In this document: positions 58,124 through 64,000 of the stretch, one piece after another | Layout: each line of letters opens with the position of its first letter | Numbering within the stretch: position 1 is the stretch's first letter | Source: Desulfobacteraceae bacterium RAAP-1 | GTDB taxonomy: Bacteria > Desulfobacterota > Desulfobacteria > Desulfobacterales > Desulfatirhabdiaceae | Direction: 5' to 3' | DNA length: 64,000 nucleotides | NCBI GenBank assembly: GCA_001443525.1 | Contig: LKPX01000006.1 | Coordinates: 47-64,046 of the forward strand | Made by a program: the position numbers and the translations under genes | Notes under the pieces: generated by a model | What the model was told of the DNA's origin: nothing | Seen by the model: the letters and a program-made list of their open reading frames with translations, nothing else | Database searches by the model: none

Positions 58124-58152
58124 TTGACATCCCCGAATAAAGCATTTAATAT
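58124..58152 (+). promoter_or_regulatory. Sigma70-type promoter of the cold-shock gene
   Basis: TTGACA (58124-58129), a 17-nt spacer, then TAATAT (58147-58152). This would give a 5' UTR of about 120 nt, as is typical for cspA-type genes. Confidence 0.6.
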
Positions 58153-58280
58153 GGCCTAAATCAGTAAAGATATTGCAAAGCACTGCATATCGGTTCGAGC
58201 ATAAGGATTGTTCCATGTTGTCACAGTGACGACCTGAAGTCTGGGACCTTGATGATATTTTATGAAAGGAGGAAAGCACT

Positions 58281-58481
58281 ATGGCAAATGGAATAGTTAA
58301 GTGGTTCAATGATAGCAAAGGTTTTGGTTTTATTGAACAAGAAAATGGCAAGGATGTGTTTGTTCATCATTCCGCCATCAACGCAACCGGTTTCAAATCA
58401 CTTTCTGAAGGCGACCGCGTTACATTTGATGTGGTTCAAGGTCCCAAAGGGCCTGCAGCCGCCAATGTAACTCGTCAGTAA
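58281..58481 (+). CDS. cspA: Cold-shock protein (CspA family)
   Basis: [33 protein letters not shown] (RNP1/RNP2 motifs), with an AAGGAGG RBS. Confidence 0.95.
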   Translation: MANGIVKWFNDSKGFGFIEQENGKDVFVHHSAINATGFKSLSEGDRVTFDVVQGPKGPAAANVTRQ

Positions 58482-58512
58482 ACATCCGTTAGGCGTTTTT
58501 ACGCTTATCATT

Positions 58513-58547
58513 AAAGGCATTCATATTTTTTATGAATGCCTTTTTTA
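58513..58547 (+). terminator. Rho-independent terminator after the cold-shock gene
   Basis: AAAGGCATTCATA, a 5-nt loop, then TATGAATGCCTTT, followed by a T-run. Confidence 0.8.
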
Positions 58548-58672
58548 TTGGATTGCAACCCCCTCATGATGTCCGGAATCTACAGAACGGCGCTTGGCGG
58601 CATCCCTTTCGTCATTACGACGGACAGGCAGATACCCGTCACACCTCCAATGATTGCCACAAGGGGGATATA

Positions 58673-59755
58673 TCATTCAAAGACATCGCAATAACCCTCG
58701 GCCTGCCTTATATCAGAAACAAGCCGCCATGCAATCTGATGCTCCGAAAGTTGCGGCCATGCCTCAACCGTGATATGGGTGCTGCATAATTGCTCGGATA
58801 GGTAACGGATGTTTTCATTTTTCAATCCTCTCATGACAGAAATACGCCGTGGATGAACCCCAAGCCATATCCGATCGCCACATTCATGGTGGCGTTTTAG
58901 TGTTTCCAGAGCTTTGTCACGATATATTTCCGCCATCACAAGATGTCCAAACGCCGGATGCAGCGGTCCTGCCAGAATCATCGCGGCGCTGCCCATATCT
59001 GTTGAAACCTGAAGCCCCATCCGAATGACAGATATTCGGGCTTCATGAAAGATCAGGTAAAGCTGTTTAACAAGGGAGACACTTTCCGAAAGCGGCATCG
59101 GCGTATATCTGCCGGCACGGTACCATCGCGCCAAAAGGCTGTGGTCAAGAACCACTGTCGGATAAATACGGACAAAGTCCGGATGCAGATCGGCAATACG
59201 AAGCCCCGAAGAAATATCGACACCGGTATCACTTCCAGGAAGCCCTGTCATCATTTGCATCCCGACGGTGTAACCGCTGTCTTGCACCAGATGCACCGCC
59301 TGAATCGTATCCAGAACCGTGTGCCCCCTCTGGCACAATTCCAGAACCGTATCGTTCATGGATTGCGCGCCTATCTCTATAGTGCTTACAGGAAATCCTG
59401 CAAGCAGTTCAAGGTGCGAGGGTGTAATGGTGTCTGGCCGGGTGGAAAACCGGATGCTGTCCACGCTGCCGTCCAGCACAAATTGCCGGGCGATCGACAG
59501 GAAACGGATAATTTCCGGAAGCTCTATTCCCAAAAAATTGCCGCCGAAAAAAGCAATCTGGACTGAGCTGCGGCCCGGTGTCCGATACTTCAGCCAGGCG
59601 TGGATGAACGATATGATTTCCAAATTAGATGGCAGGGAATCTGTTGCATGTGTAATAACTTTCTGATTGCAGAATACACACTGATGCGGACAGCCGGCGT
59701 GCGGCAGAAACACCGGGATGATGAACGGACGAGAGGGGGAACTACTCGACAGCAT
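58673..59755 (-). CDS. Radical SAM protein (ELP3-like N-terminal radical SAM domain family)
   Basis: IIPVFLPHAGCPHQCVFCNQ is a CxxxCxxC-type cluster motif. The start is uncertain. The ATG at 59755 overlaps rnc by 14 nt, and the ORF-track start at 59833 overlaps it by 92 nt. Confidence 0.75.
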   Translation of the reverse strand: MLSSSSPSRPFIIPVFLPHAGCPHQCVFCNQKVITHATDSLPSNLEIISFIHAWLKYRTPGRSSVQIAFFGGNFLGIELPEIIRFLSIARQFVLDGSVDSIRFSTRPDTITPSHLELLAGFPVSTIEIGAQSMNDTVLELCQRGHTVLDTIQAVHLVQDSGYTVGMQMMTGLPGSDTGVDISSGLRIADLHPDFVRIYPTVVLDHSLLARWYRAGRYTPMPLSESVSLVKQLYLIFHEARISVIRMGLQVSTDMGSAAMILAGPLHPAFGHLVMAEIYRDKALETLKRHHECGDRIWLGVHPRRISVMRGLKNENIRYLSEQLCSTHITVEAWPQLSEHQIAWRLVSDIRQAEGYCDVFE

Positions 59756-60446
59756 GCTGCATGAAGATATCGTATGCCTTTCTGGCCGCATCCTGTTCTG
59801 CATTTTTTTTGCTTTTTCCAAAACCCTGAGCATGAATGTCGCCGCACGTTAACTGAATAATAAATGCTTTATCGTGGTCGGGCCCTGTTTCACCCATAAC
59901 GACATACTGCGGCAGGGGATAGCGGGTACTCTGAATGAGTTCCTGAAATTTGCTTTTATAATCCTGGATATCTGCAGATGGTGAATTTACATCAATCAGC
60001 GGCATCATGTAGCGTGAGACAAGCTGAAATACGCCGGCATATCCTCCGTCCAGATAAACAGCCGCCATCAGGGCTTCGAAGGTATTGGCCAGAATAGACG
60101 GTTTGGCGCGCCCATGCGTCAGACTTTCTCCTTTACCCAGTTGAATGTAGGCTCCAAGATCGATCAATCTGGCGATGTTGGACAATTGCAGCTCATTCAC
60201 CAGATACGCCCTCATGCGGGATAAATGCCCTTCATTAAAATCCGGGTAATGCATCATCAGCAAATGCCCGGTGATCAGATTCACGACAGCATCTCCTAAA
60301 AATTCAAGACGTTCGTTATCCGCCAGCCCTTTCCCCGGATGCTCATTGACAAAAGAGCTGTGACGCAGAGCTTCTTCCAACAGCGTTTTATCATTAAACG
60401 TATAATTCAGCTTTTTTTCAAGATCGGACAGTGCAGAACGCGGCAT
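59742..60446 (-). CDS. rnc: Ribonuclease III
   Basis: Signature ERLEFLGDAVVNL and a C-terminal dsRBD (GPDHDKAF...GFGKSKKNAEQDAARKA). Confidence 0.95.
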   Translation of the reverse strand: MPRSALSDLEKKLNYTFNDKTLLEEALRHSSFVNEHPGKGLADNERLEFLGDAVVNLITGHLLMMHYPDFNEGHLSRMRAYLVNELQLSNIARLIDLGAYIQLGKGESLTHGRAKPSILANTFEALMAAVYLDGGYAGVFQLVSRYMMPLIDVNSPSADIQDYKSKFQELIQSTRYPLPQYVVMGETGPDHDKAFIIQLTCGDIHAQGFGKSKKNAEQDAARKAYDIFMQHAVE

Positions 60447-60454
60447 AATTCCAC

Positions 60455-61336
60455 TCAGCGCATCTTTTGATGGCGTTCGACAAGACGTTCATACACGGCA
60501 TATGGAACTTTGAAATTGCCCTTGCCGCATCCCATCTGGATTCCCGGTTTGACAGCACCATGAAAATCCGTTCCACCGGTGATAATGAGATCGTGCTTCT
60601 GCGCCAGCGAAGAACAATACGCCGTGTATTCGGGAGAATGTTCCGGATAATATGCCTCGATACCTTGAAGCCCCATCTCTTTCAGCGTCACAATCAATGA
60701 TTCCAGTCTGTCATTGTCAGATATCTTCAGCAGAAATGGATGCGCCAGAACCGCCAGCCCACCCGCCTCTGAAATAATTTGAATGGCCTGATCACAAGCC
60801 AGACGATACTTTTCGACATACGCCGGTTTCTGAAACCCCAGATACAGATCAAAAGCTTCATTGATGGATTTCACCAGACCTTTTTGAAGCATCAAACGAG
60901 CGATATGAGGTCTGCCTATCTGAGCGCCACCGGATATTTGGGACACCTCCTCTATGGAAACATCAATTCCCAAAGCATTCAGGCGGTCAATAATATGGGG
61001 ATTGCGATTTTTTCGGGCCGACTGAAGGGTTTCCAGAGAAGCGTTTAATGCAGAATCGTCCAGCCGGATACCATATCCGAGAATATGCAGGCTTCCGGAT
61101 ATCCCCGACGAAAACGGCGTTGTGACACTGACTTCAATGCCCGTCAGAAAACCTATCGGTGTTGACGTTATGGCGCCGCATATTTCCCGGGAGCCTTTCA
61201 GAGTGTCATGATCTGTAATGGCAATGGCCGCAAGACGTGACTTCAGGGCCAGTCGAAGAATTTCATCCGGTGAAAGCGTGCCATCCGAAGCTGTTGAATG
61301 GATATGCAGGTCAATGCCTGGCAGGTTACAGTCCAA
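60455..61336 (-). CDS. PHP-domain phosphoesterase (TrpH/YciV, RNase AM-like)
   Basis: IDLHIHSTASDGTLSPDEIL...AITDHDT...LAHP...GGTDFHG. Confidence 0.8.
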   Translation of the reverse strand: MDCNLPGIDLHIHSTASDGTLSPDEILRLALKSRLAAIAITDHDTLKGSREICGAITSTPIGFLTGIEVSVTTPFSSGISGSLHILGYGIRLDDSALNASLETLQSARKNRNPHIIDRLNALGIDVSIEEVSQISGGAQIGRPHIARLMLQKGLVKSINEAFDLYLGFQKPAYVEKYRLACDQAIQIISEAGGLAVLAHPFLLKISDNDRLESLIVTLKEMGLQGIEAYYPEHSPEYTAYCSSLAQKHDLIITGGTDFHGAVKPGIQMGCGKGNFKVPYAVYERLVERHQKMR

Positions 61337-61688
61337 GGGCCTTTTCCAGAGTTTCCTCTTTCATTTTACAATCAATACAATGCGTTGTAACAGGTCTTGC
61401 TTTCAGCCTCTCAAACGATATTTCTTCACCGCAGGACTCACAGATACCAAACGTACCATTTTCAATTCTTGCTAATGCTTTCTTAACCTTGACAATAAGC
61501 TTGCTTTCCCGATCACGAATCCGTAGCATAAAATTTCGGTCGGATTCCAGAGAAGCCCGATCTGTGGGGTCCGGAAAATTCTCTTTGGGATCGGTCATTC
61601 CAGTTACAGTTTCGTCAGCCTGACTGAGTAATTCTTCCAGTAAACGATTCAACTGTTCTTTAAAGAAATCAATTTCTTTTTTTTTCAT
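61326..61688 (-). CDS. dksA: DksA/TraR-family C4 zinc-finger protein
   Basis: Coiled-coil tip motif DPTDRA (DxxDxA). Zn finger CESCGEEI...CIDC. Confidence 0.7.
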   Translation of the reverse strand: MKKKEIDFFKEQLNRLLEELLSQADETVTGMTDPKENFPDPTDRASLESDRNFMLRIRDRESKLIVKVKKALARIENGTFGICESCGEEISFERLKARPVTTHCIDCKMKEETLEKALGL

Positions 61689-61807
61689 AATCGGGCCTAT
61701 TGGTTTTGTCGTTGAACTGCATAACGCAAAATAAAAGAAAATCTTCTGATTCTGTAATCGCTAAAAATACCAAAAATGAAATTTATTGTAAAGGAGAAAA
61801 ATTGGAT

Positions 61808-62365
61808 ATGGAAGGGCACCATCTCATTCTTGGAGACCTGCAGGATATAATTACCGGCGAAACGCTGCCGGATACCCTCGATGAACGATACCGGCAGAAG
61901 CTGATGAGAATCTTACTGGAAAATAAAGGATATGCTCGTTCCGATATTCAGTGCAGAAACAAGCTGAACGTGCAAGTCGGCGATAACGGTGCGATTGTGA
62001 ACGTGGATATGGCTGTCCGCATCAACGATAAAATCTGCATGATCATAAAATTCGCCCCAGGCTCTCTGATTACCCGGCACCGGTCTGCCATTGCCACCTC
62101 TAGATTGCTGACATTGTACCAGATTCCGGTGGTGGTCGTAACCAACGGCGAAGATGCCGATATCCTTGACGGAAATACCGGCAATATCCTGAATAAAGGA
62201 TTAAACGCCATTCCTTCCAAATCCGAACTCAGTGGACGCTTTCAGGAATACGCTTTTACACCTGTTTCTGAAAAACGGGCCGAAATCGAAAACCGCATCC
62301 TCTATGCCTATGAGGTGGATGACGCCTGCCCCTGTGACACCTCCGTTTGCCGGATGAAAGCATGA
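61808..62365 (+). CDS. Stand-alone HsdR_N-like (type I restriction enzyme R-subunit N-terminal, PD-(D/E)xK-like) domain protein
   Basis: AAAGGAG RBS, then MEGHHLILGDLQDIITGETLPDTLDERYRQKLMRILLENKGYARSDI...VDMAV...IIKF. The call is a pattern-level resemblance only. The start was moved to 61808. Confidence 0.45.
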   Translation: MEGHHLILGDLQDIITGETLPDTLDERYRQKLMRILLENKGYARSDIQCRNKLNVQVGDNGAIVNVDMAVRINDKICMIIKFAPGSLITRHRSAIATSRLLTLYQIPVVVVTNGEDADILDGNTGNILNKGLNAIPSKSELSGRFQEYAFTPVSEKRAEIENRILYAYEVDDACPCDTSVCRMKA

Positions 62366-62425
62366 AGTGTCAGGCGGCAGGCATATATTGTGTTTACACA
62401 CCATTTCTTGGGAAAGAATACGTTT

Positions 62426-63511
62426 TTATCCCGGCCGTCCGATCACCCGCCCGGCGGTTTTTTCAAGTGTCGTCACTAAATGAATCATTGATTTGAAGCG
62501 CTGATCCCGGGTCTGTCCATGGTAGAACCGGTAGTATATCTGCTGGGCGATAACCGCCAGACGAAACAGCCCGAACGCGTGATAAAACGTCATGTGATCG
62601 ACAGACCGGCCGGAAATGCTTTCGTAATAAGCCACCATCTGCTTCCGGGTCAACGCGCCTTCGACATGCGTGGGAAGCGTTCGCAGGGCCATCATTTCCG
62701 GCGGATCGCTGCGTTCCACCCAATATCCCAGAGAGCTTCCCAAATCCATCAGCGGATCGCCGATCGTCGCCATTTCCCAGTCCAGGACACCGATGATTTT
62801 CAAGGGATCACGGCTGTCCAGAACGATGTTGTCGAACTTGAAATCGTTGTGAATCACGCCAGGATGAGGAGAATCCTCCGGCTGATTTTCCTGAAGCCAT
62901 GCCATTACAGCCTCGAAATCCGGAGCATCCGGCGTTCTGGCTGCCCGATACCGGCTGCTCCAGCCATCGATCTGACGGCAGACATATCCCTGGGGTTTCC
63001 CGAAATTTTCAAGCCCGATCTTCCGGTAATCCAGCGCGTGCAGCGCATATTGGGTTTCGACAACCCTGTGAAATAAAGCTTCCACCTGGGATGGCGACAG
63101 GTGCAGGTCGTCGGGGATTTCCCGGCGCAGAATTATCCCGGGAATCCGCTCCATCACATAAAACGGGCAGCCCATTACCTCCGGATCTTCCGAATATGCC
63201 AGAGGTTCCGGACAATACGGATAGACCGGTTTCAGCGCATGCAATATCCGGTATTCTCGGTTCATATCATGAGCGGTCTTGGCTTTGGTGCCAAAAGGCG
63301 GCCTGCGCAGCACCATTTCCCGGTTCTTGAATGTCACCAGATAGGTCAGATTGGAGTGACCTCCAGGGAACTGCCTGAGAGTCATTTTTCCATCCAGCGA
63401 GGGAATGGTATCCCGAAGAAAGGATTCCACCCGCGCAATGTTCAGCTCTTCACCACTGCGAACTTCCGACGCCTGATCTGTAATTTCCATAACTCCCCCC
63501 GAACCATTCAT
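62426..63511 (-). CDS. APH-fold phosphotransferase (kinase) family protein
   Basis: GGHSNLTYLV, catalytic VIHNDFKFDNIVLD, and LDWEMATIGDPLMDL. Its ATG directly abuts the acyl-CoA dehydrogenase stop. Confidence 0.85.
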   Translation of the reverse strand: MNGSGGVMEITDQASEVRSGEELNIARVESFLRDTIPSLDGKMTLRQFPGGHSNLTYLVTFKNREMVLRRPPFGTKAKTAHDMNREYRILHALKPVYPYCPEPLAYSEDPEVMGCPFYVMERIPGIILRREIPDDLHLSPSQVEALFHRVVETQYALHALDYRKIGLENFGKPQGYVCRQIDGWSSRYRAARTPDAPDFEAVMAWLQENQPEDSPHPGVIHNDFKFDNIVLDSRDPLKIIGVLDWEMATIGDPLMDLGSSLGYWVERSDPPEMMALRTLPTHVEGALTRKQMVAYYESISGRSVDHMTFYHAFGLFRLAVIAQQIYYRFYHGQTRDQRFKSMIHLVTTLEKTAGRVIGRPG

Positions 63512-64000
63512 TTATTTTATCGTTTTCCCAGCATATTTTTTCAGTATCTGCTTGGCGACGGAGAGTTTATGCACTTCATCCGCGCCGTCATAAATACGGC
63601 TGGCCCGTTCATGACGATATAAATAAGCGATGATGGTATCGTCGGTCATCCCCAGACCTCCATGAACCTGAAGCGCCCGGTCAATCACTTTCATCATGGT
63701 GTTGGCCACCACATACTTGATCATGGATATTTCGGTGCGCGCGGATTTGGCGCCGACCCTGTCGATTCTGTCCGCCGCATACAGCACCATGAGGCGCGCA
63801 GCCTGGATATCGGCGGCGCATTCGGCAATCCACGCCTGAACGATTTCTTTCTGGGACAGGGTTTGACCCGGGGCGATGGGTCTTGTCAGCGCACGGGAAC
63901 ACATCAGATCGAAGCAGCGGTTGCAGATGCCGATCCAGCGCATGCAGTGATGAATTCTGCCCGGCCCCAGGCGTTCCTGCGCAATGGCGAAAGCGCCGCC
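63512..64000 (-). CDS. Acyl-CoA dehydrogenase, C-terminal part (continues off the right edge)
   Basis: ...GAFAIAQERLGPGRIHHCMRWIG...ISMIKYVVANTMMKVIDRALQVHGGLGMTDD...YRHERASRIYDGADEVH. The frame stays open to position 64000. Confidence 0.88.
   Translation of the reverse strand, partial: GGAFAIAQERLGPGRIHHCMRWIGICNRCFDLMCSRALTRPIAPGQTLSQKEIVQAWIAECAADIQAARLMVLYAADRIDRVGAKSARTEISMIKYVVANTMMKVIDRALQVHGGLGMTDDTIIAYLYRHERASRIYDGADEVHKLSVAKQILKKYAGKTIK

Overview
The gene content (ior/por 2-oxoacid:ferredoxin oxidoreductases, several Liv-type ABC systems, DUF3782-like repeat proteins) suggests a chromosomal segment from an anaerobic Desulfobacterota-like bacterium; this is inference only. It is densely coding, and I saw no rRNA, tRNA or CRISPR array.

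**Layout**
- 0.4-18.5 kb, minus strand: a tightly packed type II secretion / type IV pilus-like operon. In order it carries GT2, GspE, GspF, four prepilin-type proteins including GspK, GspL-, GspM- and PilP/GspC-like genes, and a secretin.
- This operon also carries three glycosylation-type membrane or enzyme genes, a sequon-rich secreted protein, and two tandem-repeat coiled-coil genes inserted just upstream of the secretin.
- 18.6-22.7 kb: an orphan NorD/CbbO-like vWA gene bracketed by two copies of a ~124-bp palindromic MITE/REP-like element, then a deletion remnant of a TPP-dependent E1 alpha/beta dehydrogenase pair.
- 23-28.9 kb: an RND efflux triad.
- 30-44 kb: a lytic transglycosylase; iorA/iorB split by an AT-rich RelE/ParE toxin-antitoxin islet; a Liv-like ABC transporter lacking a second ATPase; a PHP phosphatase; and a por operon whose delta subunit is fused to a GltD-like flavoprotein.
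- 44-64 kb: housekeeping genes (GT2, hflKC, nadK, a complete livKHMGF operon, ligA, acyP, hup, queF, csp, a dksA-PHP-rnc-radical SAM operon, and a kinase plus acyl-CoA dehydrogenase pair).

**Most interesting**
- The secretion-plus-glycosylation cluster with its candidate cargo.
- The coiled-coil/PD-(D/E)xK two-gene insert.
- The dispersed GACGGCTTCGTAAAA-ended palindromic element family.

All functional calls come from motif and pattern recognition on the translations, with no database search. Several start codons were re-chosen by me and are noted in the evidence fields.
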